DNA from: an uncultured Verrucomicrobiae bacterium
Lineage (GTDB): Bacteria > Verrucomicrobiota > Verrucomicrobiia > Limisphaerales > UBA11358
Length of the DNA stretch: 64,000 nt
NCBI GenBank assembly: GCA_963802965.1
Contig: CAWDKS010000008.1
Coordinates: 71,790 to 135,789, forward strand
Direction of reading: 5' to 3'
Shown: piece after piece, positions 26,338-36,830 of the stretch
Numbering within the stretch: the first letter of the stretch is position 1
Layout of the letters: each line of letters begins with the position of its first letter
Translations under genes and position numbers: made by a program
The notes under the pieces: model-generated
Database searches by the model: none
Seen by the model: only the letters and a program-made list of their open reading frames with translations
What the model was told of the DNA's origin: nothing

Positions 26338-28389
26338 ATGAATCGCATCCGTTTGCTGCCCGAACAGGTCGCCAATCAAATCGCCGCCGGCGAGGTGATT
26401 GAGCGCCCCGCGAGCGTCGTGAAGGAACTCGTTGAGAACGCCCTGGACGCCGGCGCGAGCAAGGTTTCCGCCGAAATCCAGGCCGGCGGACGCAGCCTCA
26501 TCCGCGTGACCGATGACGGCACCGGCATGAGCCGCGACGACGCGCTGCTTTGTCTCGAACGCCACGCGACGAGCAAGATTCAAAATGCCGGGGATCTGGC
26601 GGCCATTGCCACGATGGGTTTTCGCGGCGAGGCGCTGCCGAGCATCGCCAGCGTCAGCCGCTTCACGCTGACCACGCGCGAACGCGACGGCGGTTCGCCC
26701 GAAGGCACGCAAATCGTCGTCAACGGCGGAAAAATTGCCGAAGTCAAGGCCGCTGGCAGCGCGCCCGGCACGAGCGTCGAGGTGCGGCAGCTTTTTTTCA
26801 ACCTGCCCGCGCGCCGGAAATTTCTGCGCGCCGAGGAGACGGAGGCCGCGCACATCCAGCATTATCTCACGCTCGCCGCGCTGGCGTTTCCCGAAGTCGC
26901 GGTCACGTTTCAAAAGGACGGGCGCGTCGTCTGGCAATTGCCGGCGCAAAAATCCGGCGCGGCCGTTTCGAGCCGCCTCGAGGCGTTGCGCGAGCGCCTC
27001 CGCGCCCTGCTCGGCGACGAAAAACTCCTGCCCGTGAACTTCTCGGCCGCCCTCGACGACTCCGTCCAGCCGGCGGAAGCCGATATCTTCGAGACCGCGT
27101 CGCCGGAAAACTCCGCGCTCCGAACTCCCGCCTCCGCCTTCGGCTCCGGCGCGGCAAGCCGCATTTCAGGCCGCGTCGAAGTGGAACGAAGACGGGCAAA
27201 CTCCGAGCTCCGAATCTGGGGTTTCATCGGCGCGCCGGGCGTGTCGCGCGCGACGCGCGAGAGCCAGCACTTGTTTGTCAACCGGCGCCCGGTGGAAAAC
27301 CGCGGGCTTAATTACGCCCTGCTCGAAGGTTACCACACGTCGCTGATGAAGGGCCGTTATCCGGTCTGCTGCCTGTTCCTGGAAATTGATCCGGCGGCGG
27401 TGGACGTGAACGTCCATCCGGCCAAGCGCGAGGTGAAATTTCACCGCGAATCTGAAATCCGCAAATTCGTGGCGCAGGCCGTCCGGGAATCATTGCTGGC
27501 GTTCCATTCAACGGAGTCCAAAGTTTCAGGCCCCAGGTCCAAAGTCGAAACCGTCAGACAAACGGAACTCAAGCCGGCGCCGGCCTTGCCGAATTTTCCG
27601 GAATTACTGAAACCTGCGGCAACGATCGAATCGCCGAAGCCGTCGGTTCAACCAAAGCCTTTGAAGACCGGTTTTGCTCCGTCAAAACCAGCGACATCCG
27701 AACCGCATACTCCATCTTCCACCCTCCATCCTCCGTCCCCGCCGGAGCCCGGCCCCCCATCGGCCGTCCCCCAACTCCCGTCTTCCAGCGGCCTGCCGCT
27801 GTTGAGCGTCCCCCTGCGCCTCGTGGGCGTCATCGGCAAACTTTACGTCGTGCTGGAATCCGACCGCGGGCTGGTCCTGCTCGACCAGCACGCCGCGCAC
27901 GAGCGGATTTTGTTCGAGCAAATGTTGAACCGGATTGAGCAGAGCGGTTCCGCGCCGTCGCAAAAGCTGCTGTTGCCGGAGACCATCGAGCTGCCGGCAC
28001 GGGACGCGAATTTTTTGCGCGAGCAGCTGCCCGCGCTCACGCGGCTCGGCGTCGGGTTGAGCGAATTCGGCGAGCGGACGTTTTTGCTGGACACCCTGCC
28101 GCCGTTCGTCAAGGCCGCCGACCCGCGCCGTTTCGTGCTCGATCTCGTGGATGAGTTGAAGGCGGCCGGGCGCGAGGTGAATCTGGCGCGGCTGGGCGAG
28201 CACACGATTGCCAAGACCGTCTGCCGTCACGCCGTGAAGGCCAACGACCCGCTTGGCGGCCGGGAGCTGGAAAAGCTGGTCGAAGATTTGCGCCGCTGTG
28301 CGATGCCTTACACCTGTCCGCACGGCCGGCCGACGTTGATTGAAATGAACTACCGGGAACTGGAGAAAAAATTCGGAAGGACGCAGTAA
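26338..28389 (+). CDS. mutL: DNA mismatch repair protein MutL
   Basis: MNRIRLLPEQVANQIAAGEVIERPASVVKELVENALDAG..; C-terminal dimerisation domain ..CPHGRPT. Confidence 0.92.
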   Translation: MNRIRLLPEQVANQIAAGEVIERPASVVKELVENALDAGASKVSAEIQAGGRSLIRVTDDGTGMSRDDALLCLERHATSKIQNAGDLAAIATMGFRGEALPSIASVSRFTLTTRERDGGSPEGTQIVVNGGKIAEVKAAGSAPGTSVEVRQLFFNLPARRKFLRAEETEAAHIQHYLTLAALAFPEVAVTFQKDGRVVWQLPAQKSGAAVSSRLEALRERLRALLGDEKLLPVNFSAALDDSVQPAEADIFETASPENSALRTPASAFGSGAASRISGRVEVERRRANSELRIWGFIGAPGVSRATRESQHLFVNRRPVENRGLNYALLEGYHTSLMKGRYPVCCLFLEIDPAAVDVNVHPAKREVKFHRESEIRKFVAQAVRESLLAFHSTESKVSGPRSKVETVRQTELKPAPALPNFPELLKPAATIESPKPSVQPKPLKTGFAPSKPATSEPHTPSSTLHPPSPPEPGPPSAVPQLPSSSGLPLLSVPLRLVGVIGKLYVVLESDRGLVLLDQHAAHERILFEQMLNRIEQSGSAPSQKLLLPETIELPARDANFLREQLPALTRLGVGLSEFGERTFLLDTLPPFVKAADPRRFVLDLVDELKAAGREVNLARLGEHTIAKTVCRHAVKANDPLGGRELEKLVEDLRRCAMPYTCPHGRPTLIEMNYRELEKKFGRTQ

Positions 28390-28517
28390 GGTCGGAACGC
28401 CCATGCACGTCACGCTTTGCTAGCTGGGTTTTGTGGCAAAACAGCTTTTGCCGTGGGAAGATTGAGCGGTTTTCCCCATCCGACCGGGATCAAACGACCG
28501 CCGGAACGAATTGCGCA

Positions 28518-29138
28518 TCAAGTATTAGCCGGGCGCTTGACAGCTTCCAATTCCCAGACCAAATGATGCACACCGCCTTTCAGAAGCCGCCGATGCCAGT
28601 CTCTGAACCATTGCCGGAATCGTGGCGGGCGCGGCGTCGTTTGAACGTTTGACAGGGCGGTGAATTTGACCATTTTGGCCCGAAATTCCCCGATGAATCC
28701 ATAATCCCGCGCCGCCGGATTTTGGCCGCAAAAATACATATGCGAGTGCTTCGTGATGATATTGACATGCGTTGGATCCACAAATGCGGAGGTTGTGGGA
28801 AAAGCCGGCGTTACCGCCAGAAAAATCCCCCCGGGCGCAAGTACCCGCCAAACTTCGCTCATCAGATTGACAAACGGATAAAAAACCCGGCCGGAACTTT
28901 CGCGATACAATTGTCGCGGGATATGCTCCAAAAAATCGAAAGCGGAAACAGAGGCAAAGGAATTGTCCGGAAAGGGGATTGTTTCCACCGCGACATTCCG
29001 CTCCACGATGGTGCAACCGGCCACTGCTGGGGCAACATCCGACCTGACGTCAATGCCGAACAGGTTTTGCCTTCGGAACGGGTTGCGCGGCCTCAATCCA
29101 CAACCCAAATCCAGATGGTTGTCCGGTGAATTCTGCAT
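28518..29138 (-). CDS. class I SAM-dependent methyltransferase
   Basis: LDLGCGLRP .. VSAFDFLEHIP .. VLAPGGIFLAVTP. Confidence 0.7.
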   Translation of the reverse strand: MQNSPDNHLDLGCGLRPRNPFRRQNLFGIDVRSDVAPAVAGCTIVERNVAVETIPFPDNSFASVSAFDFLEHIPRQLYRESSGRVFYPFVNLMSEVWRVLAPGGIFLAVTPAFPTTSAFVDPTHVNIITKHSHMYFCGQNPAARDYGFIGEFRAKMVKFTALSNVQTTPRPPRFRQWFRDWHRRLLKGGVHHLVWELEAVKRPANT

Positions 29139-29403
29139 TTTTCACTGACGATAAGTCACCGCTTTCAATCAAGGCAATTACAAAACCCCTTGTCCGAATG
29201 AGAGTAATGCGTTCAAACTTGTCACCGTTGTTCAGATACATAGACTGCCATGCCAGACACAACATGGATGTAACCATTGCTATCAGGGTTTTTGATCAGT
29301 TGGACGACATGCGGCGATGCTCGGGGAGCCTTTGCACAACCGGCCGCCCACATGGTCACGGGCAGATGCATCCATTAATGGCAATGCCGTCCGCGGACAA
29401 GGC

Positions 29404-30279
29404 ATGAACATCAGCGGCTTCACTTTTTTGCGCAATGGCCAGAAGCTCGGGTATCCGTTTGTCGCGTCCATCCGCTCCATCCTGCCGATTGTGGACGAAT
29501 TCGTCGTCGCGCTCGGACCGTGCGAGGACGACACGGAAAAAATGCTGCGTGAAATCGGCGATCCGAAAATCCGCATCCTTTCGACCCAATGGAATGAACA
29601 CATCCGGCCGGATTACAGCGTCAGAGGCTTTGTTTATGGCCAACAGAAATCCATCGCCCTTTTCAACTGCACCGGCGACTGGGCGTTTTATCTGGAAGCC
29701 GACGAGGTGGTTCACGAAAACGACCTGCCGAAAATCCGCGCGGCGATGGAAAAACATCTGAACGACGAACGCGTTGAGGCGTTGGCGTTCGATTACCTGC
29801 ATTTCTACGGCAACGCCAATACCTGTGTCTGGTCGCCGGGCTGGTATCGTTCCGAAGTCCGTATCATCCGCAATACGATTCCGGCTTGGTCGTCCGAAGC
29901 GCTGTTTTTCAACGTGGTTGCCAGCCACAAAAAATCGCGCTATCCGCACGCCGCGCACACGGGCGCGACGATTTATCATTACGGCTGGGTGCGGAACGAG
30001 GAGCAAATGAACCTCAAAACCGCCGCCGTGCAAAAGTATTGGCAGAACCGGGTTTCCACCGCCGCGGATTACACACAAATTGACCCCGCCACGCTGAATT
30101 TGTTCACCGGTACGCATCCCAGGGTGGTGTGGGGTTGGCTGCCGAAGGCCGACGGAATCTTCCGGGCCGATCCGAACCACAAATTGAGCGCGCGCGAAAA
30201 AAAACACCGCCTGATGCTGAAGCTGGAGAAGTGGCTCGGCGTAAAGTTCAACAAAAAACATTACCGGCTTGTTCGCTGA
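29404..30279 (+). CDS. glycosyltransferase (GT2-like)
   Basis: MNISGFTFLRNGQKLGYPFVASIRSILPIVDEFVVALGPCEDDT..YLEADEV; recalled from LPS loci. Confidence 0.65.
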   Translation: MNISGFTFLRNGQKLGYPFVASIRSILPIVDEFVVALGPCEDDTEKMLREIGDPKIRILSTQWNEHIRPDYSVRGFVYGQQKSIALFNCTGDWAFYLEADEVVHENDLPKIRAAMEKHLNDERVEALAFDYLHFYGNANTCVWSPGWYRSEVRIIRNTIPAWSSEALFFNVVASHKKSRYPHAAHTGATIYHYGWVRNEEQMNLKTAAVQKYWQNRVSTAADYTQIDPATLNLFTGTHPRVVWGWLPKADGIFRADPNHKLSAREKKHRLMLKLEKWLGVKFNKKHYRLVR

Positions 30280-31249
30280 AAGCCCGCCCGGACGCCTCAA
30301 TGACAGCGGCGGTTTCAATCACCGCAACGGGTTTGCCCGGCGGCGGTGTGACCGCCCAATCCAGATGACCAAAGGGATGCGTCCGGCCCAGCGCGTTCGA
30401 ACCCATGATCATCACCACGCGTTTGCCCAGGGCCACCGCCAGGTGCAACAGGCCCGTGTCACACCCGGCGACCAACGTGGAAAGCTTTATCATGCCCGCT
30501 GTGACGAGCAGCGGCGCGCCGGCGGAAACGGGAAATCCCGCGGCTCGCGCCGGTTCGAGCGCCGCGCGGTCGGACGGCCCGCCGCCGAACACGACCTGCC
30601 AGCCGCGTGCCCGCCAAAACTGCGCCAGTGCCAGAAATTTCCCCAATGGCCAGTTTTTCTGCGGCGAACTCGTGAGCGGCTGGATGAACAAGGTCCGTCT
30701 GGTGGCATCGAGATTACACGTGGCGAAAACAGTTTGCGCCTCGTCGAGCGCATCGGCAGGCAGGACAAACGCGTTGCGCGTTTCGCTGATGCGCAGACCG
30801 CACTGTTGAAGCAGGGAAAGATTCCAATCCGCCGCGTGGATTTTGTCATTCCGACGGACCCTGCAGGTGTAAAGCCAGCCGCGCGACCGGTTATAGACGC
30901 ATCCCCAGCGCGCGGGCGCACCGCTCCACCACGATAACAGCTCCGTCTCGCCGTAGCCTTGAAAATCAATGACGTGGGAGAATCCCGGCGCGCGCAGCCG
31001 GCGCAGCAATTCAAACGTGCTGCCGCAAATGGTCTTCGGGTTTTTCGAGAAATAAACCGCACGGTCGAGCGGAATGACGGCGTCAATTTCTGAAAAGCCG
31101 CGCAGGAGCGGCGCATTTTCCCGCGAGACAAGAAAATGCAGCCGCGCCTGGGGAAAATTTTTGTGGACGGCGTGGACGGCCGGCAATGTGAACAAGACAT
31201 CGCCGATGGATTTGAGCCGGATGAGCAGGATGTTTTCGGGCGGGTTCAT
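30248..31249 (-). CDS. glycosyltransferase family 9 (heptosyltransferase-like)
   Basis: ILLIRLKSIGDVLFTLPAVHAV .. GCDTGLLHLAVALGKRVVMI. Confidence 0.8.
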   Translation of the reverse strand: MNPPENILLIRLKSIGDVLFTLPAVHAVHKNFPQARLHFLVSRENAPLLRGFSEIDAVIPLDRAVYFSKNPKTICGSTFELLRRLRAPGFSHVIDFQGYGETELLSWWSGAPARWGCVYNRSRGWLYTCRVRRNDKIHAADWNLSLLQQCGLRISETRNAFVLPADALDEAQTVFATCNLDATRRTLFIQPLTSSPQKNWPLGKFLALAQFWRARGWQVVFGGGPSDRAALEPARAAGFPVSAGAPLLVTAGMIKLSTLVAGCDTGLLHLAVALGKRVVMIMGSNALGRTHPFGHLDWAVTPPPGKPVAVIETAAVIEASGRAFSEQAGNVFC

Positions 31250-32442
31250 GCCGGATTCGTCACGCCGGTGCCGAATGCATTCAGCAAAGCGAGACGGTAG
31301 GCAGCGCGGGAATAACGCCGGGCATAAGCGCCGGACGCGGCGGAAAATTTGGCGATCTCATCCGATGACCACCGGCTGGCCTTTTGAATGCACTCACGCA
31401 GCGCTTCGACATCGCCGGCAGGAAACAGCAATCCCAACCCTTGTTCGCGGGTAAGCCGGCCCAGCAACTGTTCGTCGGACGCGATGACCGGCTTGCCGGC
31501 GGCCATGGCCTGTGACAGCACAGCGCTGGTCCCAAAATGATTCATATAAGGCAGCAAGACGACATCACTGGCGGCAAAACAGGCCCTTTCTTCCTCTGCG
31601 GAAACGTAACGGTTGATGAGGCGCGCCTGATTCCGGCGGGCAAGTTCCTCCAGACCTCGCGCGGTTTCACCGGTCGGATTCTGCTGCCCGGCGCACAGCA
31701 GGAACCCCGGGAAATCCGCGGGCAATCCGGCCATGGCGCTCACGGCCAGATGCAGTCCCTTGCGCCGGTAGCCACCGCCATAGAACAGAAAAATCCGCTT
31801 GTCCTCCGGCACCTGCAATTGCCGGCGGGCCGCAGGCATATCGCCGCCAAAGCCGGTCAGACACGGGGTTGGCAGAAAAAAAATCGGCGCCGTGGGAAAC
31901 AAGGCCTGCAAATCGCGCGCTAGATATTCATCCACGAACAAAAGTTGCCGCAGCCACCTTTGCCGCAGCAATCGGCGGAATCCGATTTGCTTGAACCAGC
32001 GGTTCGGCGACCACCACGGAGCGATGAAAAAGCGCGGACGATGGTAGATGCCGCCCATTCGTCCCCGCAGTTCCGCCGGCGGAAGGATGCCGAAGGTTGC
32101 GCGCCGCCAAACAACCGATGCGATTTCATCCAGCGCGCATAAAAATACGTGGTCGGCGCCGCTTTGACGCAGGCAAGCCATGACCGAGCCGGCTTTGCCG
32201 TCACCGTGGCGGCGGCCGCGATCGTCATAAGCCGGAAGCAGTTTTACGTGAGACAACAGACCTGACAGGTGGTCTTCAATTTTGCCTTTCGTCTCCGGCC
32301 GGAGGTCCACAGCCAGGGACAGGCGGACGTTCACCGAAAGCAGATCTTCCGTGATAAACCGCAGCCAGCCGAGGTGATGTCCCTCGGTGCGCGGCTCGTA
32401 GAGCAGAAGATGCCCACGGCGACCAGTGGAAGTTTGGATCAT
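31246..32442 (-). CDS. glycosyltransferase family 4/GT-B
   Basis: C-terminal ..FLFYGGGYRRKGLHLAV..LLPYMNHFGTSAVLSQAMAAGKPVIASD; ATGA overlap with upstream gene supports start at 32442. Confidence 0.72.
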   Translation of the reverse strand: MIQTSTGRRGHLLLYEPRTEGHHLGWLRFITEDLLSVNVRLSLAVDLRPETKGKIEDHLSGLLSHVKLLPAYDDRGRRHGDGKAGSVMACLRQSGADHVFLCALDEIASVVWRRATFGILPPAELRGRMGGIYHRPRFFIAPWWSPNRWFKQIGFRRLLRQRWLRQLLFVDEYLARDLQALFPTAPIFFLPTPCLTGFGGDMPAARRQLQVPEDKRIFLFYGGGYRRKGLHLAVSAMAGLPADFPGFLLCAGQQNPTGETARGLEELARRNQARLINRYVSAEEERACFAASDVVLLPYMNHFGTSAVLSQAMAAGKPVIASDEQLLGRLTREQGLGLLFPAGDVEALRECIQKASRWSSDEIAKFSAASGAYARRYSRAAYRLALLNAFGTGVTNPA

Positions 32443-33227
32443 TGGGGGACGGACTTCTGCATCTGCGCTTCGCGCACCCGGGCGTAGCGCAAAAAGGTGT
32501 AAAATGCCGTCATCCAGGCAATGGCATAGCCTTGCCAGCCGTCCAGAAAACCAAGCTTCAAAAAATAAGCCCGGACGAAACGCCACCAGGGTCGAATGGC
32601 CAGATCAATCATACTGACGCCCCTCCCTCGTTTTTCATATTCCTGCACGAAGTGGTCGGCGCTCGAGAGCGTCTTCCGGGTCTGATGCGCCAGCGATTCC
32701 ATGCTGTAATGCAGCAAGTCATTCCGCAGCCGGCCGACCTGGCCTTCGACCAGCAACGTTTCATGCAATTGCGTATTGCTCCAACTTCCATGCCCGCGCC
32801 GCCAGAGCCGCACCTTGCGGTCGGGATACCAGTCGCCGTGCCGGATCCACCGCCCGCAGTAAAACGTGCAACGCGGAAAGCTGAACGCCGTGCAATCCGC
32901 GGTTTTTTCCAAAGCGAAAACCCGGCTGATTTCATCGCGCAATTCCGGCGACACGACTTCATCGGCATCTAGTCCCAGCAACCACGGCTGGGTGGCCTTA
33001 TCCACCGCTGAATTTTTCTGCGGCCCATAACCTTTCCACGGTTCGCGAAACACTTTCGCCCCGAACGATTCGGCAATCTTGTCGGTGCCGTCGTCCACGT
33101 CTTGGTTGAGAACAACGATGATTTCGCTGGTCCAGCCCGCGACGCTGTCGAGTGCGCGGCGGATGCGATGCGCCTCGTTGCCGGCAATCATGCAAACGGA
33201 AATCGGCAGCGGTTGAATTTTGGTCAT
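32439..33227 (-). CDS. glycosyltransferase family 2 (LPS-core KdtX/WaaE-like)
   Basis: ISVCMIAGNEAHRIRRALDSVAGWTSEIIVV..D.GTD.IAE..GAKV....W.GYG.QKN......WLLGLDADE. Confidence 0.82.
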   Translation of the reverse strand: MTKIQPLPISVCMIAGNEAHRIRRALDSVAGWTSEIIVVLNQDVDDGTDKIAESFGAKVFREPWKGYGPQKNSAVDKATQPWLLGLDADEVVSPELRDEISRVFALEKTADCTAFSFPRCTFYCGRWIRHGDWYPDRKVRLWRRGHGSWSNTQLHETLLVEGQVGRLRNDLLHYSMESLAHQTRKTLSSADHFVQEYEKRGRGVSMIDLAIRPWWRFVRAYFLKLGFLDGWQGYAIAWMTAFYTFLRYARVREAQMQKSVPQ

Positions 33228-33280
33228 CAGTCGCTCAATGGTTGTTTTTCAGATTGCTGATGATAATCTCGGCGGGGTTT

Positions 33281-34213
33281 ATGTCCAGAAATGATAGTTC
33301 CACTGCGGAAAATCGCCCACGTTTTTCGTTCATCATTGTTTCGTATAACACATTGCCTTTGACGCGAGCCGCCGTTGCTTCGATTGCAAAATACACATCG
33401 CAATTTCGGCATGAAGTCATTTTAGTGGACAATCATTCAACCGACGGCAGCGTGGCGGCGTTGCGGCGGGAATTCGCGGATTTGAAACTTATTGCGCTGG
33501 AGGAAAATCGCGGTTTTGCCACCGCCAACAACGCCGGCGCAAAAGTTGCCGAAGGCGACTGGCTCATCTTGATGAACTCTGACGCGGAATTGCTCGCCAG
33601 CACGATGCCGGCGGTTGACGATTTGCTCCGGCGGCACCCGCGGTTGGACGTGTTGGGTGGACAATTATTGAATCCCGACGGCTCACGGCAAACGTCGGTG
33701 CTTTCGAATTATCACCGGGTTCGCGATGAACTGCGGGAGCTGGTCGAAGTTTCCGGGATTGTCGGCGCGTTCATGGTCGTGCGCCGTGAGCTGTGGCAAA
33801 AATTGAACGGCATGGACGAAGGGTTATTTTTCTACGGCGAAGACGCGGATTTTTGCGATCGCGCCATTAATACGGGCGCAGTGCTGCGATGGAGCCCGCG
33901 TTTCCGCGTTGTGCATCACCGCAGCAGTAGCAGCAGAAAAGTCAACCTCCGCGCGACGGTGGAATCTTGGGAAGGCCACTACTATTTATGGCGCAAAAAA
34001 ATGTCGGAACAGGAATATCGTTCCAACCTCCGGCGATGCGGCTTCCGTTTCTTTTTCCGGGTCGTCTGGTATTTTTCGCTCTCGCTGTTGACACTTTTTT
34101 TGCTTCGGGCATTTACCGGCCGGTTGGGCACAAATTTTTACCTGCTGAAATGGCATTTGCGCGGGTGTCCCGCCGGTTGGGGACTTAGACCCGTGGAACA
34201 TAAACGATTTTGA
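33281..34213 (+). CDS. glycosyltransferase family 2 (rhamnosyltransferase-like)
   Basis: FSFIIVSYNTLPLT..VILVDNHSTDGS..NRGFATANNAG..LNSDAEL..YGEDADFC. Confidence 0.8.
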   Translation: MSRNDSSTAENRPRFSFIIVSYNTLPLTRAAVASIAKYTSQFRHEVILVDNHSTDGSVAALRREFADLKLIALEENRGFATANNAGAKVAEGDWLILMNSDAELLASTMPAVDDLLRRHPRLDVLGGQLLNPDGSRQTSVLSNYHRVRDELRELVEVSGIVGAFMVVRRELWQKLNGMDEGLFFYGEDADFCDRAINTGAVLRWSPRFRVVHHRSSSSRKVNLRATVESWEGHYYLWRKKMSEQEYRSNLRRCGFRFFFRVVWYFSLSLLTLFLLRAFTGRLGTNFYLLKWHLRGCPAGWGLRPVEHKRF

Positions 34214-34257
34214 AATTTTTGCAGGCAACGGCCATCGTTTTGGAACACGTAAACAAT

Positions 34258-34551
34258 CTCGTCGCGCAATTCCGGCGACACGACTTCGTCGGCATCCAGT
34301 CCCAGCAGCCACGGCTGGGTGACCTTTGGGAAGGCACAATTCCGATCCGCAGCATGGCCCTTCCACAGTTTGCAGAAAACTTTCGCACAGCAGGACACGG
34401 CGATTCTTCCCGTGCCGTCGGTCACTTTGTCGTCGGTGACGACGATTTCGCTGCTCCAGCCGGTAACGCTTTCGAGGGCGCGGCGGATGCGCTACGCCTC
34501 GTTGTCGGCGATGATACAGACGGATATCGGCAGTCGTTGTCCGGTCGCCAT
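34258..34551 (-). pseudogene. degenerate N-terminal fragment of a GT2 paralog of 32439..33227 (internal TAG, truncated)
   Basis: My translation MATGQRLPISVCIIADNEA*RIRRALESVTGWSSEIVV..KVTQPWLLGLDADEVVSPELRDEI; near-identical DNA stretch to 32940-33000; similarity stops at ~34258. Confidence 0.7.
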
Positions 34552-34569
34552 GTTGTCAGGCACGCGGTT

Positions 34570-35400
34570 TCAGTAATAATGCCATTTCCCGCCAATCCTC
34601 TTTTCGTGCAAGGAATAACCGTAACACAATCGTTCAGTCGTCCTCCACCATTTGGCGTTCACTGCGGTTTTCAACTGCGCCCATTTTCGCTTGGGCCAGG
34701 TTTGGCCGGTCTTTTTTCGGTAGTAAGCCCGGTCGCCCAGCATCACGTTTGGCTGGTTGCGGCTGGCAGCGATGCTTTTTTGCGTCACCGAGCCGAAGTG
34801 ATGGAGAAAGGCTCGACCGGTTATCGCCATGCGGAAACCGGCCCGGCGAACGCGCCGGAAAAACTCATCGTCTTCGTAGCCGCCCAGTTTGGGGTCGTCA
34901 TCAAAATATCCAATGGCATCAAAAACCCGCCCATGAACCATGAAACAAACGGCAAAGGCGATGTCTCGACGGCAGGCTGGAGACATGACCTGGACAAACT
35001 CTTTGGCGTGGGACAGGAAATCGTAATCCAACTCAAGTTCGCACATCGCGGGGCTGACGATCTCGAAGGCTCCTTCCGTGGCGAACCGGACGAGTTCTTG
35101 CATGGTGTTCGGCGCAATCAGCACGTCGTTATTCAAGACGACCGTCCAGGGGGACGCCGCAGTTTTGGCTCCTTGATTCCAAGCGTAACCGCAACCGCGA
35201 TTCATCGAATTGTGAATGGCGCGGATTTCCGGCCGTCCGGCCAGAAATTCAGCGGTTCCGTCCGTCGAAGCGTTGTTCACGATCACAATTTGCGAATCCC
35301 GAATACCGTCGCAGTTGAGACTTTCCACGCAGTTGACGGTATAGGACAACTGGTTGAAAACTGGAATGACGACGCGAATGTCTGCGGTCAAAGGTTCCAT
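34570..35400 (-). CDS. glycosyltransferase family 2
   Basis: MEPLTADIRVVIPVFNQLSYTVNCVESL..VIVNNASTDGT..NRGCGYAWNQG. Confidence 0.75.
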   Translation of the reverse strand: MEPLTADIRVVIPVFNQLSYTVNCVESLNCDGIRDSQIVIVNNASTDGTAEFLAGRPEIRAIHNSMNRGCGYAWNQGAKTAASPWTVVLNNDVLIAPNTMQELVRFATEGAFEIVSPAMCELELDYDFLSHAKEFVQVMSPACRRDIAFAVCFMVHGRVFDAIGYFDDDPKLGGYEDDEFFRRVRRAGFRMAITGRAFLHHFGSVTQKSIAASRNQPNVMLGDRAYYRKKTGQTWPKRKWAQLKTAVNAKWWRTTERLCYGYSLHEKRIGGKWHYY

Positions 35401-35655
35401 GCTGGTGAGGGCATAATCACTCGGCTCGCCCGTTGCAATTGTCAATATCCATAGGTTTAATTGAAAGGCAAAAGTTGTTTCCGTGTCTTTTTCCCGTTTT
35501 TTTTGCCTGCGCCCAGCTGGTTGGCTTTCGCAGGCTGGATTCAACCAAACGCACCCGTCAGTGAATAGCACAAACTCAAACAGCACGTAAATAAGGCCGT
35601 GGTCCTCCCTCACTTCCTGCCGCCAACCCGCTACCCCTGTTGCAGAGCGAAGATT

Positions 35656-36657
35656 TTACGGTATCCCGGTTAGATCGGGGATGCCAAACCTTTCGCGTTC
35701 GACTCGGGTTTCGCGGTCGCGGATGAGAAACAGCGGTTTGTTGCCGTAGAAAGACGCCCACACCGAAAAACTGCTCACCGGCCCCAGGACATAATCGCAT
35801 TTGGCCAACGCGCACATATCACCCACGGCCGAGCCGGCGCCAATGCCCACCCGCAACCCCGGGAATTCCTGCTCGCTCCGGTGTTCGTCACTGCACACAA
35901 AAAAAGCCACCCGGTGGCCCGGAAACTGTTCCGCCAATTCCCGCATCCAGGCGGCATATTGCGCGACCGGGTAGAAATATGCCCCCTCCCTGAAAGTGCG
36001 ATAGTCGCCCCGACGGATATGGACACCGATGACCACGTCGGCCTGTTGTCGCAGCCGCTTGATCGCCTCACGGCTGGCCTGTTCAATCTCTGCAATTGGC
36101 CGGAAATAGGATTTTATTTTCTCCGCGTGCCGCTCCACGAGGCCGGGCGCTCGAAAGGCCCAACCATTCACCAGGACAATCCTTGCATCGCGGATTTTGG
36201 ATTGAACCTCCGGACCGTCGAGCGCGGTGATTTTCTCCGTCGGGCACTGGCGCAAGGTGAAGATTCTTTTGCCGAAAATCGGATGACGCTCATTCAGCAA
36301 ACCAGCCACGCGAGCCGCATGAAAGAAGATCCGCGTGCCGCGAATGGCGCCGCCGACGCCGGGAACGATGTCCAGCCAGCTTCTTCGCGTTGCGGGGGGA
36401 TACTGGCAGTAGATGTCGTTTCGCGTCGCCTCGAAAAATCGGGCATAGGAATGGAACGTGGGATTGGCCACGCGATGACCCTGCTCCTCCGCCAGGGCGA
36501 TGAAATTGGCGAACAGGATGATGCGATTCGCCATGCGGCCGCACCGGCCCGAGATGACGAACAGCTTGCCCTTCCCCGGTCGCCCCGGCATCGGGCGTTG
36601 GTCGTCTTTCGCCAGGCGGGGTTCCTCCCCGGAAACGGGCTGGTTCGCGGTTCTCAT
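35656..36657 (-). CDS. putative fucosyltransferase-like glycosyltransferase
   Basis: HIRRGDY motif (VIGVHIRRGDYRTF), typical of GT11-type alpha-1,2-fucosyltransferases; start uncertain. Confidence 0.5.
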   Translation of the reverse strand: MRTANQPVSGEEPRLAKDDQRPMPGRPGKGKLFVISGRCGRMANRIILFANFIALAEEQGHRVANPTFHSYARFFEATRNDIYCQYPPATRRSWLDIVPGVGGAIRGTRIFFHAARVAGLLNERHPIFGKRIFTLRQCPTEKITALDGPEVQSKIRDARIVLVNGWAFRAPGLVERHAEKIKSYFRPIAEIEQASREAIKRLRQQADVVIGVHIRRGDYRTFREGAYFYPVAQYAAWMRELAEQFPGHRVAFFVCSDEHRSEQEFPGLRVGIGAGSAVGDMCALAKCDYVLGPVSSFSVWASFYGNKPLFLIRDRETRVERERFGIPDLTGIP

Positions 36658-36830
36658 CGTGGATTGGCTTGGCTGCTCCAAGAGCGAACCAATAAATGGC
36701 CCACTGATTTGTGTAAAGGCCAATTGCTTTGGGAGCGTGTCTGAAAATGTAGCGGCGGCCATCTTGGCTGCCAGTTCCCGCAGAAAAATTCTCGCTTTCT
36801 TTCGCCGGCTGCCAACAATACCGGCGTCGA

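Noticed and set aside
25663-26341. ORFs 25663..25860, 25866..26081 and 25901..26341 as protein genes.
   Set aside because: They overlap or flank the tRNA-Asp gene and repeat DNA. Their translations are low-complexity, with no start context or motifs.
26550-27311. The 253-aa Arg-rich ORF and other alternative-frame ORFs inside mutL.
   Set aside because: They are out-of-frame readings of the GC-rich mutL linker region. The mutL frame is continuous and conserved at both ends.
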